64,000 bases of DNA from an uncultured Chloroflexia bacterium (lineage in GTDB: Bacteria; Chloroflexota; Limnocylindria; QHBO01), in NCBI GenBank assembly GCA_963825525.1, contig CAWGTN010000002.1, forward strand, positions 672,001 through 736,000, written 5' to 3'. Numbering within the stretch: position 1 is the stretch's first letter; each line of letters opens with the position of its first letter. The position numbers and the translations under genes were made by a program. Positions 19,818 to 29,277 of this stretch are shown piece after piece. Under the pieces are notes generated by a model, which saw only the letters and a program-made list of their open reading frames with translations, had not been told where the DNA came from and did not search any database.

Positions 19818-21734
19818 CTAGGGCCGTTCCGCGCTGAACTGCTCGGCTGACAGCTTGGCGTACAGGCCTTCCTGGCGGATCAGCTCGGCGTGGGTGCCTC
19901 GCTCCACGATCCGGCCGCGCGACATCACGAGGATCAGGTCGGCGCGCAGGATCGTCGAGAGCCGATGCGCAATGGCGATCGTCGTCCGACCCTCCATCAG
20001 CTTCTGCAGGGCGGACTGGATGAGTCGCTCGCTGACCGTGTCGAGCGCCGAGGTGGCCTCGTCAAGGATGAGCACCCGGGGGTCCTTGAGCAGAACGCGG
20101 GCGATGGCGACCCGCTGCTTCTCGCCGCCGGACAGCTTGTAGCCGCGCTCGCCGACCACGGTCTCGTAGCCATCCGGGAGCTCGGCGATCCGATCGTGAA
20201 TCGCCGCGGCTCGCGCGGCCTCCTCGATCTCGTCCATCGTGGCGTCCGGCTTCGCGTACTGGAGGTTGGCCAGCACAGTGTCGTGGAACAGGTAGGTCTC
20301 CTGCGTCACGAAGCCGATGACCCGCCCGAGCGACGCGAGGGTCACTCCGCGAACGTCGTGGCCGTCGATGCTCACCGACCCGCGATCCACGTCGTACAGG
20401 CGCGGGATCAGGTACGTGGATGTCGTCTTCCCACTGCCTGACGGACCGACAAGCGCGACGAGCTGGCCGGGCTTGGCGTCGAACGAGATCTCCTCGAGCG
20501 CAAACGGCTGCACGGTCGTCGGGACCGCCCGGCCATCGGCCTCGGCCTCCGCCGCCTCGGGTGCCACCGCCAGCTGGGCCTCTGCCACCGGGTAGCGGAA
20601 TGAGACATCGTCGAAGCGGACGCCGCCCCGCATCACGGTCGGTGACAGATCCACCGCATCGGGGGCATCGGTGATCTCGTGGTCCATCTCGAGGTACTCG
20701 AAGATGCGGTCGAACAGCGCCAGCGCACCCTGGATCTCGACCTGCACGTTGAGCAGCTGCCCCAGCGGGAAGAAGAGCCTGCTCTGGAGGGTGGTGAAGG
20801 CCACGATGGTGCCGATGCTGACGTTCGTGTCGCCGCCGATGATGAGCGACCCGGCCAGCAGGTACACGAACGCCGGCATGATGCTGAAGAAGGTGCCGAT
20901 GAGGGCGAAGAACCAGCGACCGATCATCTGGCCCCGCACCTGGAGGTCGCCCAGGCGCACCGACTCGGCACGGAAGCGCTCGACACTCGCCTCCTGCTGG
21001 CCGAACGTCTTGCTGAGCAGGATGCCCGATACCGACAGCGACTCCTCGGTGATGGCGCTCATCTCGGCCATCGAGCGCTGGGTCAGGGTGCTCACCTCGC
21101 GGCGGACCTTGCCGACGCGGTACGTGATGTAGGCGAAGAACGGCATGAGGCCCAGGCTGAGGAGCGTCAGCCGCCAATCGAGAATCCACATGGCGATGAC
21201 GGTGGTGGCGACCGTTGCGAAGTTCGACAACAGCGAGGACGCGGTGTCCGTCACGACCGACTGCACGCCGCCCACGTCGTTGGCGATCCGGCTCTGAATC
21301 TCGCCGGTGCGCGTCTCGGTGAAGAACCGGAGCGGCATCCACTGCAGGTGGGTGTAGAGCGCCAGGCGCAGGTCGTTCATCACGCGCTGCCCGACGACGT
21401 TCGAGAGGTAGCTCTGCCAGACGCCGATGGCGCTGGTGACGATCGGGAGCACGATCATCAGCCCCGCCTGCAGGTACAGAAGGCCGAGGTCCTGTGGCCC
21501 GGTCAGGTTGTCGATGATGAGCTTGAGCAGGATCGGGTTGACCACGCCCACGCTCACCGTGATCACGATGAGGACGGCGATCAACGACAGCCGGACGCGG
21601 TACGGCGCGAAGAAGCCCCCGATCAGGCGCAGCGTCTTTCTCCCGGTCCCCGGGCGTCGGGTCAGATCCGGGTCCGAGCCACCGCCGAACGGCCCCGACC
21701 AGCCGCCCCGCCCACCGCCGCCGCGTCGCATCAC
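19818..21734 (-). CDS. ABC exporter, fused TMD-NBD (MsbA-like)
   Basis: GPSGSGKT, LSGGEKQR, ILDEATSALD, AHRLST; Gly/Arg-rich N-terminus. Confidence 0.95.
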   Translation of the reverse strand: MMRRGGGGRGGWSGPFGGGSDPDLTRRPGTGRKTLRLIGGFFAPYRVRLSLIAVLIVITVSVGVVNPILLKLIIDNLTGPQDLGLLYLQAGLMIVLPIVTSAIGVWQSYLSNVVGQRVMNDLRLALYTHLQWMPLRFFTETRTGEIQSRIANDVGGVQSVVTDTASSLLSNFATVATTVIAMWILDWRLTLLSLGLMPFFAYITYRVGKVRREVSTLTQRSMAEMSAITEESLSVSGILLSKTFGQQEASVERFRAESVRLGDLQVRGQMIGRWFFALIGTFFSIMPAFVYLLAGSLIIGGDTNVSIGTIVAFTTLQSRLFFPLGQLLNVQVEIQGALALFDRIFEYLEMDHEITDAPDAVDLSPTVMRGGVRFDDVSFRYPVAEAQLAVAPEAAEAEADGRAVPTTVQPFALEEISFDAKPGQLVALVGPSGSGKTTSTYLIPRLYDVDRGSVSIDGHDVRGVTLASLGRVIGFVTQETYLFHDTVLANLQYAKPDATMDEIEEAARAAAIHDRIAELPDGYETVVGERGYKLSGGEKQRVAIARVLLKDPRVLILDEATSALDTVSERLIQSALQKLMEGRTTIAIAHRLSTILRADLILVMSRGRIVERGTHAELIRQEGLYAKLSAEQFSAERP

Positions 21735-22459
21735 TCGAGGATGATCGAGGCGAACGCCTGCGCCAGGCCGATCCCCTGCGGCTCCCCGACGATCTCGGCC
21801 CGCTCGCGCATGCGCTCCCCGACCGTCTCCGGATCGACCTGGCTCTCATGGGCGAGGATCGCGCGGATGCCGATGTCGAAGGTGTCGGCGATGTCGATCC
21901 ACAGGTTGGGCTCCTCGACTCCGAAGAGCAGCACCTGGCGGACCTTCCACGGCTCGAGGTGCTCCTCGCGCCACAGTTCGGGGAAGTTGAGATGATCCCG
22001 GGCGGCGGGATAGACCGCAGCCAGGGTCGCCTCGCCCGTGGCGAGATGGTCCGGGTGCCCGATGAACGGGTTGTAGTCCAGGCGTCTCTGGGGATTCTGG
22101 GTGATCACGAGGTCGGGCCGGAAGCGACGGATCTGGCGCACGATGTCGCGACGCAGGTCGAGTGACGGTTCGAGGTATCCGTCTGGATAGCCGAGATGGA
22201 CGATGTCCCCGACCCCCAGGATGTCGGCGGCGGCCCGCTGCTCCGCGACGCGTGTCGACGAGAGATGCTCAGGGGTCACGGCCGGGTCCTCGGTTCCCTT
22301 GCTGCCGTCCGTGGTCACCACGTAGTCCACCCTGGCCCCGGCGGCCACGAGCGTGGCGATCGTCGACGCGGCGCCGAATTCTGCATCGTCAGGGTGGCTG
22401 ACGATGACCAGGGCGCGCTCGAGAGGCGTGATCAGCTCATGCCGGTCGTGGGGACTCAC
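21731..22459 (-). CDS. PIG-L family deacetylase (intact motifs)
   Basis: SHPDDAEF, GHPDH, HESQ. Confidence 0.92.
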   Translation of the reverse strand: MSPHDRHELITPLERALVIVSHPDDAEFGAASTIATLVAAGARVDYVVTTDGSKGTEDPAVTPEHLSSTRVAEQRAAADILGVGDIVHLGYPDGYLEPSLDLRRDIVRQIRRFRPDLVITQNPQRRLDYNPFIGHPDHLATGEATLAAVYPAARDHLNFPELWREEHLEPWKVRQVLLFGVEEPNLWIDIADTFDIGIRAILAHESQVDPETVGERMRERAEIVGEPQGIGLAQAFASIILE

Positions 22460-22533
22460 CCGGCCATGCTACTGCGATTTGCCGGACGGCAGATTGACCG
22501 TGCTCGGATGCGGCGCGCATACTGCCCACCAGT

Positions 22534-22863
22534 ATGACATCCGATGCACTCCACTTCCGACACAGCTACACCAAGGACAAGGGGTCGCTGGTCACCCGCC
22601 TTCGCCGCATCGAGGGCCAGGCTCGCGGCATTCAGCGCATGGTGGACGAGGAAGCGTACTGCCTCGACATCCTGCAGCAGGTCGAAGCACTCACCGCCGC
22701 GGCCGACCAGGTCGCACTCCTTCTGCTCGAGGACCACATCGACGGCTGCCTGACGCATGCCGTCGAATCCGGGCAGGGACAGCCGTACGTGGATGAGGTC
22801 ATGTCGGTCGTGCGTCGGACGATGGGCCGGCGCGGTCCGCGGAGAACGGGCTCGGGCAGCTGA
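22534..22863 (+). CDS. CsoR/RcnR family metal-sensing repressor
   Basis: RLRRIEGQARGIQRM, YC.DILQQ, H...C ligands. Confidence 0.92.
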   Translation: MTSDALHFRHSYTKDKGSLVTRLRRIEGQARGIQRMVDEEAYCLDILQQVEALTAAADQVALLLLEDHIDGCLTHAVESGQGQPYVDEVMSVVRRTMGRRGPRRTGSGS

Positions 22864-22883
22864 GCCGCTCCGCACTCTGGCAA

Positions 22884-22916
22884 GGGAGTGCCGCAGGGGG
22901 GAACCACGGCACTCCC
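22884..22916. terminator. Stem-loop between convergent genes
   Basis: GGGAGTGCCG-13 nt-CGGCACTCCC perfect 10-bp inverted repeat. Confidence 0.6.
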
Positions 22917-22960
22917 GCCTGCGAGTCTAGCCGTCGCTCACCCGGCGAACAAGCCTCTCC

Positions 22961-25702
22961 TCACTCCCCGAACATGGTCAGCTGGTCGCCTCCGCGCTCG
23001 ATCAGCGGGTCGAGGCCAAGCACCGGCTCCAGCCACTCGAGTCGCGCACCCTGACGCTCGACCAGCGTGTCGAGGTGCTGCCACTTCAGGACGTGCCAGT
23101 TCTGCCGCTCGAGCTCATCTCGCAGCCACGGTGATCGCTGCATCTTCAGTCGCAGCAGCTCGGCGCGCTCAGCCGGAATCACGAGAAAGCGCGCCTGGTC
23201 CTTCCCGACCGGGATCGCGGCACCGCGCCGAAGGACCGCCTCGCCGACCATCGCGGTCCAGTCGACCTCGAACAGGAACGCAAGGCGGCCGCGGACATAC
23301 CACAGTGCGTCGACCTGGCCCAGGAGGTCCGCCGGCGCGCGGATGACCAGCGGGAGGTAGACCCGCCGCTCGTCGTCGGTGAGCCGATCGTCGAGCCGGC
23401 GACCATCAACGACCCGATCGTGCTCTCGCGCGGCCACCCACGCCCGCAGGCCAAGCCGATGGCCGTAGTCGACCAGGGTGGCGATGACGCGCGCATGGTC
23501 GGCGGTCCGGTGCGACAGGTCGTCCTCGGTCGCCAGCGAACCGAGCTCACCCGGGCCGACGTACGCGGCGAGGCACGCCCGCACCAGCTCCTCGTCCGGC
23601 GCCTGGAGCCCGGGAAACAGCCGATACACGCGGTCGAGGAAGCCGGCTTCGTCGATGCGGCCGGCGGTCGAGAGGATCGACCACGTGGCCCACTCGACGC
23701 GATCGGCGAGCGGTCGTTCGGCCAGCTCCGGCTGGCGCAGCCACCACTGCGGCTGGGCGTCGTCTCCCACGCGGACCAGGGACGGATGGTCGTCGCGCCA
23801 CAGCTCCTCGCGGATGAGGCTGGCGACCATCTGCGGTCCGCCCGACTCCAGCCGATCCGGTGTCTCGCTGCCCGCTTCTTCGCGGCCGCCCACCAGCCGC
23901 CCCAGGATGCCGGACGAAGCGAGCTCGTTGACCACGCAGGCAACGACCCGGGTCAGCCCGGCCGGCTCGCCACGGTCGCGCAGCAGGGACGTCACCGAGC
24001 GCTCGATGGCGGATGCCAGGTCCGGGTAGGTCAGATGCCCCGCATCGGCCCCGAGCCGCAAGGGTGCGTCGGGTGTGACCGCGTGTCGCAGCCGGTCCTC
24101 GGCCGAGCGGCGTCGAAAGTGGAGGGCGATCGCGTCGCCCGATCGTCGCGATTCGCGGTGGATGACGGCATCGAGGTCCAGGCCCGCCGCAGCGCCCGCC
24201 ATGGCCACCGCCAGCATCCGCTCTGGCTCCGCGTCTTCGAGCAGCAGCACGCACCATCCACCTGGCTTGAGGGCACCGACGGCCGATGCCATCCCGTGCC
24301 GCAGCGCCGTGATCTCAGCGCCCTCCGGGTGGCCGCTGCCGCCGAAGATCGGCTCGAGGCGCAGGGTCTCCGCCGCCTCCCGCCCCAGGACGACCGCGGT
24401 GGCAAGGTACTCAAGCGCCAGCTCGTCGAGCGTGTGGCTGGCACTCGGCGCCGACAGGACGAGGTCCACGCCATCAGCGGGGAGATACTGGCCAACCACC
24501 GACGCGCGCGCGCGCAGCCAGAGGACATTGGCGGCGGTCATGCCGCCCAGTTCGCCGAAGTCGGCGGCAAACCGCACCGGATGCCGTTCGCCGAGCGCAC
24601 CGATGATGGTCCGGACCTCCCGGTACGCCGTCTCGAACTCCTGCCACAGGTTGACCTCGCGCTGGTGGCGGCTGGCGGGCTGTCGCACGTGACCCGAGGT
24701 GATCCGCAGCGATGCCACTCGCCCGGGGTAGCCATTCAGGCGGCTGCCCGGGAGGAGGCACGACGCGAGTGCCAGGCGCATGACGGCCGCCCCGGGCGAG
24801 TCTCGGAGCTCGCTGTCGATCTTGGTCAGAATCGCGTGGATCGCGTACAGGTTGCGGGGGGTATAGAGCTCGAGGAGCTCGTCCACGAGATCCTCGCGCC
24901 CGTCGAGCACCGGGAAGCGCGCGCGGAGATCCTGGTAGGCCGGACTCTGTCGGACGCCGTCGGCGGCCGCGACCGGGAGCGGATCCGGACGCACCGTTGA
25001 CGCGAATCGAGGCCGCTCCTCGATCGACGTCGGCGGGTCGACCGGCAGGGGCGCCGGCGGCGGTCCTCCCCCCTCGCCGAGATCAAGGTCGGACTCGCCG
25101 GCGGGCGCAATGCCGACCACCGGGTCGACGGGTGGCGGTTCCGCCGGCCGATCGGGAACCGAGATGCCGAGCTTGGCGAGATCCACGTCGTCAACCGGCG
25201 CTGAACGCTCGTCGGGACCGCCGCGGGTGAGGTCGCAGGCAGGGCATCGGTAGATCTTGCGGCCGGGGGCGTCGCCGTCGCGCGGCCAGATGAACTGCTC
25301 GGCCACGACCGGGCTGCGGCACGTGGCACAGCGCGTGGCGTACAGCTCCTCGATGTGCTGGCGGAGTGGCACGTCCACGCGACGCGATGCCGCGAGCTGG
25401 GCGAAGGCGCTGTCGAGCACGGCCGGATCGGGTGCCGTCATCAGGGCGATCGCTGCCATCTGGGCCAGCGGGCTGGCGTCCGCTGCCACGCTCCGCATCC
25501 CGGCGGCCACCGCGCGTCGCGCGGTCCAGCCGGTCCCGGCCCAGGGGTCGAGAACCGTATCGCCCGGCTGTGCGAACGCCGCCAAGGCGGCATCGAGCTG
25601 GTTATCGGCCGGTGACGGATGGGAGCGGTCGAAGAATGCCAGTCCGGGGAGGCGTCGCGGCAGGATGACGTGATCGAGTCCTGTCCGCTCCGCCTCGGTC
25701 AT
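22961..25702 (-). CDS. Zn-ribbon adenine DNA methyltransferase-like protein (catalytic motif degenerate) with C-terminal PD-(D/E)XK-like domain
   Basis: PGDTVLDPWAGTG SAM motif, CATC..CPAC, LYTPRNL, GVDLVLSAPSA at the DPPY position, LKPGG, VDALW...FEVD. Confidence 0.75.
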   Translation of the reverse strand: MTEAERTGLDHVILPRRLPGLAFFDRSHPSPADNQLDAALAAFAQPGDTVLDPWAGTGWTARRAVAAGMRSVAADASPLAQMAAIALMTAPDPAVLDSAFAQLAASRRVDVPLRQHIEELYATRCATCRSPVVAEQFIWPRDGDAPGRKIYRCPACDLTRGGPDERSAPVDDVDLAKLGISVPDRPAEPPPVDPVVGIAPAGESDLDLGEGGGPPPAPLPVDPPTSIEERPRFASTVRPDPLPVAAADGVRQSPAYQDLRARFPVLDGREDLVDELLELYTPRNLYAIHAILTKIDSELRDSPGAAVMRLALASCLLPGSRLNGYPGRVASLRITSGHVRQPASRHQREVNLWQEFETAYREVRTIIGALGERHPVRFAADFGELGGMTAANVLWLRARASVVGQYLPADGVDLVLSAPSASHTLDELALEYLATAVVLGREAAETLRLEPIFGGSGHPEGAEITALRHGMASAVGALKPGGWCVLLLEDAEPERMLAVAMAGAAAGLDLDAVIHRESRRSGDAIALHFRRRSAEDRLRHAVTPDAPLRLGADAGHLTYPDLASAIERSVTSLLRDRGEPAGLTRVVACVVNELASSGILGRLVGGREEAGSETPDRLESGGPQMVASLIREELWRDDHPSLVRVGDDAQPQWWLRQPELAERPLADRVEWATWSILSTAGRIDEAGFLDRVYRLFPGLQAPDEELVRACLAAYVGPGELGSLATEDDLSHRTADHARVIATLVDYGHRLGLRAWVAAREHDRVVDGRRLDDRLTDDERRVYLPLVIRAPADLLGQVDALWYVRGRLAFLFEVDWTAMVGEAVLRRGAAIPVGKDQARFLVIPAERAELLRLKMQRSPWLRDELERQNWHVLKWQHLDTLVERQGARLEWLEPVLGLDPLIERGGDQLTMFGE

Positions 25703-25703
25703 C

Positions 25704-26537
25704 CTATGGCTCTTCTGCCGGCTCCTCTTCGAGCTCGGGCTCACCGGAGTATTCGGGAAGGCTTGTGTCGAGCTCCTCGACCTCCTCCGAGTCCTCGTCG
25801 GTCTCCTCGACCTCTTCGTCGTCATCGTAGCGAAGAGCAGAGCCCTTCATATACGGTCTGACGCTCGTTGCGGCCTGTCCCTGCGTCGGGAAGGAGACCT
25901 TTCCGAAGTTATTCGGGTGGGTGAAGACCTCCCGAATGATGATGAGCAGCTCTCCGCCGCCCTCGTGGATGGTCGTGATGGCCCCCTCGTAGCGGTTGCC
26001 GGCGGCCATCAGCTTGGTGAGGCGAGCGGCAACCCGGGGTTCGACCATGCCGATCTCGGTGGCTCCCACGCTCGCCACGAGCTCATCTCCCCTGGCCTGC
26101 AGCGCAACCGCGTCGCCGGCAGACAACGGGGCGAGCGCACGCGGCGCAGCGAGGTTGATGAGACGCGCGCGACCCGTCTTGCCCATCTCTTCGATGAACA
26201 GCGTCACCGGGGCCTTCTCGGGGCGACCCTTGCCGTTGGCGGCGGGTCGGCTGGCGGCCATCATCACTCGGAGCCGCTCGATGTTCCGCTGAGCGATCCG
26301 GTTGGTGGCGTCGCGCTCGAGCGCCTGCTCGTAGGCCGCGATGGCCTCCGCGTGACGGCCTAGCTCAGCGAGCGCCTTTCCCAGGCGATTCGAGGCATCG
26401 ATATCGGGCCCCAGCTCGAGAAGCTGGCGGTTCGCCGTGACCGCTTCCTCCCATTCGCCCCGCGTCGCATGCGCGATCGCGGCGTCCGCAAGCTGTCGTC
26501 GTTGTCGTGTCGTTGTTTCAGCTTCTCCAAGCGCCAT
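25704..26537 (-). CDS. TPR protein with HIRAN-like middle domain and acidic tail
   Basis: WEEAVTANRQLL..NRLGKAL..AIAAYEQALERD TPR; FIEEMGKT; LSAGDAVAL...IGMVEPRVAARLTKLM..GNRY; D/E-rich C-terminus. Confidence 0.82.
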   Translation of the reverse strand: MALGEAETTTRQRRQLADAAIAHATRGEWEEAVTANRQLLELGPDIDASNRLGKALAELGRHAEAIAAYEQALERDATNRIAQRNIERLRVMMAASRPAANGKGRPEKAPVTLFIEEMGKTGRARLINLAAPRALAPLSAGDAVALQARGDELVASVGATEIGMVEPRVAARLTKLMAAGNRYEGAITTIHEGGGELLIIIREVFTHPNNFGKVSFPTQGQAATSVRPYMKGSALRYDDDEEVEETDEDSEEVEELDTSLPEYSGEPELEEEPAEEP

Positions 26538-26597
26538 GAGCGTTGTGAGCTTCTCCGAGTAGCGGGATTCGCGGCCGAGGCTGGCCGAAAGCGCCCT

Positions 26598-26626
26598 CTT
26601 GTACCACCGGCCCCCAAGGGTGTCAA
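26598..26626 (-). promoter_or_regulatory. Sigma70-type promoter of the TPR / MTase-like pair
   Basis: TTGACA-17 nt-TACAAG with an extended -10 TG. Confidence 0.6.
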
Positions 26627-26648
26627 CGCGACGCCCGCTCGGTGCTCC

Positions 26649-27425
26649 TCAGCCGCGATACAGGAACAGGCCGACGATCAGGCCGATGATGAGCAGGGAG
26701 CCGAATTCGACCGCCACGCTGCGACCGGATGAGCCCTCGCGGAGTGCGTCGACTGCGCCTCCCCACGTGTAGAACGCCAGGGCGATGAGCGCGGCCGAAG
26801 CGATGATCGGGATGTTCAGCAGGGCCACCCCGACACCCACCTGGACGACCACCAGGACGTGGAGCAGCGCCTGGCCCACGCCCTCGACCCCCATCGTCTC
26901 GCGGGCCTCCGCGGCCCGCATGGCAAGCGGGAGCGCGATTGCCGCCACGAGCAGCAGCGGGGTGGGCCAGCTGCGCGAGCCGAACAGGACCAGCAACCCG
27001 GCCGCGGCGCCGAACAGGATGCCGGTGAGCAGCAGGCCACCCACGGTCCGCCCGCCGGTTCCCCGTTCCAGCCGCAGCTCGAGATACGTCACGGCCCACA
27101 GGAGGACGGCGACGATCGGCACCAGGAGGAGGCTCAGCCCGCCGGGAATCAGCCGTCCGAAGACCGTGGCCGAGATGCCCGCCGTGGCGGGAATGGCATA
27201 CCGCGCGAGCCCGAGGTCCGAACGCGCCGGCCCGATGACCCGCACCGCCACGATCCCGCCCAGCACGAGCTGCGCCGCGACCGCCACGGCCAGCCACAGC
27301 GGATCGACGAACCAGCCGACGGCGGCAACCACTGCCTGCACGATCGCCAGGACGGCGGCAGCGGGCCGATCGACGCGACGGAGGATGGCCAGCCGTCGCC
27401 GATCGCCGAAGAGGCGCGCAATCAT
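26649..27425 (-). CDS. Polytopic membrane protein (DUF5656-like)
   Basis: About 8-9 hydrophobic helices; ATGA overlap with the polX stop. Confidence 0.75.
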   Translation of the reverse strand: MIARLFGDRRRLAILRRVDRPAAAVLAIVQAVVAAVGWFVDPLWLAVAVAAQLVLGGIVAVRVIGPARSDLGLARYAIPATAGISATVFGRLIPGGLSLLLVPIVAVLLWAVTYLELRLERGTGGRTVGGLLLTGILFGAAAGLLVLFGSRSWPTPLLLVAAIALPLAMRAAEARETMGVEGVGQALLHVLVVVQVGVGVALLNIPIIASAALIALAFYTWGGAVDALREGSSGRSVAVEFGSLLIIGLIVGLFLYRG

Positions 27426-29173
27426 CGAAGCAGCTCGAGCAGATCGTCGGCGCCGAGCGTGGCCAGGACCTGATCGGATCGCAGCCAGGCGCGCCGAGCG
27501 AGTTCCACCGCGTACCTCTGCTGCCCGAGCTCCTCCGTGCGATGCGCGTCCGAGGCCACCGTGAGCATGGCCCCGGCCTTCCCCGCCGCACGTGCGAGCG
27601 AGTCATCGAGATCCAACCGTGGACTGCCATTGATTTCGAGGGCCGTGTGATGCCGAGCCGCGGCCTCGAACACGCGCGGCCAGTCGAGCGGCAGCGGGTC
27701 GCGACGATTGACGATCTGGCCCGACGGGTGGGCCAGGATGTCGACGTGAGGGTGCTCGATGGCCGCAAGCGCGCGGCGGGTGAGCTGCTCGCTCGTCTGA
27801 CTGCGGCCGGTGTGGATGCTCGCGATCACGACATCGAACCGCGCCAGCAGCTCGTCCGGGTAGTCCAGGGTGGCATCGGCGCGGATCTCGAGCTCCGTTC
27901 CGTGAAGGATCCGGAACGGGGTGAGCTCCGTGTTCAGTCGATCGATCTCAATGCCCTGCTCCGTGACCCGCTCGGGCGACAACCCACGGGCGATCCCGAG
28001 CGACGGTGAGTGGTCAGTCAGCACGATGTACTCCAGGCCGCGATCGCGAGCGGCCCGCGCCATCACCTCGATGGTGTCGACCCCATCGGTCCAGTTCGAA
28101 TGGGTGTGGGTGTCGCCCCGCACGTCGTCGAGCGTCACGAGGTCCGGCAGCGAGCCGGACCGGGCCGCCTCGACCTCGCCATCGCCCTCCCGCATCTCTG
28201 GCGGAATCCACGGCAGGTCGAGACGGCCGTAGGCCTCCTCCTCATCGGCCGCAAGCAGCAGCTCGCCGGTCTCGATGACCTTGAATCCCTTCTCGGACAG
28301 GGACCAGCCGCGATCCAGCGCCATGCCTCGCAGCGCGATGTTGTGGTCCTTGTTGCCCGTGAAATGCACCAGGTGGGTTCCCCACGCGGCGGGACGGCAG
28401 ATCATGAGGTCCACCTGCGGGCCGTCCCGCAGGACGATGCTCGACTTGTCGATGCCCGCACTGAGGACCTTCTCCACCTCCGCCATCCCGTCCAGGGCGG
28501 CGATCAGGCCAGCCGGATCGTCCGCCGCCGCCAGGAGGTCAAGGTCGCCGATGGTGGAGCGACGACGGCGCAGGGACCCTGCAGGCTCGATACGACGCAC
28601 GCCGCGCACCGTCCGAAGCCGATCGACGAGCCCGGAGACCAGGACATCGGCGTCGTGGATGAGGAGGCGACTCTCGCGACGCTCGATCCTGCCGATTGCC
28701 TCGAGCACGTTCTGCTCGGTCCGCTGCGAGAGCCCCTTCACGCCACGCAGGCGACCCTCCTCGGCCGCTGCGCGCAGTGCGTCAACCGAGTCGATCCCGA
28801 GCTCGCCATGGACCAGGCGGACGGTCTTGGGGCCGATGCCCGGAATGCGCAGCAGCCCCAGCACGCCGTCGGGGACCTGCGCCCGCAGCCGGTCGTGGTA
28901 CTCGAGCCTTCCCGTCTCGGCGAGCTCCGCCAGCTTGGCCGTCAATGCCGCACCGGCCCCGGGCAGCTTTGGGGGATCGCCGCGCCGATAGAGGGCTGCC
29001 ACGTCATCGGGATAGCGCTCGACGGCATCGGCGACGCGGCGGTAGGCGACGGCCTTGTACACCACCTCTCCGAGGATCTCGAGCATGTCGCCGATCTCGT
29101 TGAAGATCCGCGCCAGCTCGGCATTGCTGATCACCGTGTCGTCCGTTCGCGACACGCTGCGGGGTCGAGGCAT
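27422..29173 (-). CDS. polX: DNA polymerase X / PHP 3'-5' exonuclease
   Basis: HhH GIGPK, AGSLRR...GDLD, HFTG, PHP HTHS..TDG, TDHS, DAH; TAGAAT 8 nt before ATG. Confidence 0.95.
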   Translation of the reverse strand: MPRPRSVSRTDDTVISNAELARIFNEIGDMLEILGEVVYKAVAYRRVADAVERYPDDVAALYRRGDPPKLPGAGAALTAKLAELAETGRLEYHDRLRAQVPDGVLGLLRIPGIGPKTVRLVHGELGIDSVDALRAAAEEGRLRGVKGLSQRTEQNVLEAIGRIERRESRLLIHDADVLVSGLVDRLRTVRGVRRIEPAGSLRRRRSTIGDLDLLAAADDPAGLIAALDGMAEVEKVLSAGIDKSSIVLRDGPQVDLMICRPAAWGTHLVHFTGNKDHNIALRGMALDRGWSLSEKGFKVIETGELLLAADEEEAYGRLDLPWIPPEMREGDGEVEAARSGSLPDLVTLDDVRGDTHTHSNWTDGVDTIEVMARAARDRGLEYIVLTDHSPSLGIARGLSPERVTEQGIEIDRLNTELTPFRILHGTELEIRADATLDYPDELLARFDVVIASIHTGRSQTSEQLTRRALAAIEHPHVDILAHPSGQIVNRRDPLPLDWPRVFEAAARHHTALEINGSPRLDLDDSLARAAGKAGAMLTVASDAHRTEELGQQRYAVELARRAWLRSDQVLATLGADDLLELLR

Positions 29174-29277
29174 CGCGGGCAATTCTAGGGCCGGTTCGAC
29201 TCGCGGTCAGTTGGCTGCCGGCGGACGACCGCACGCTGGATAGAATGGGCGGCCCAATCGCCACGATCGAGCGACCG

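Noticed and set aside
22864-22960. Intergenic hairpin as tRNA, sRNA or REP element
   Set aside because: No cloverleaf or T-loop; no second copy seen; position between convergent genes fits a terminator
22961-25702. Active type IIG restriction-modification enzyme or defence island
   Set aside because: Catalytic DPPY absent; no specificity subunit, helicase, mobile genes or visible compositional shift
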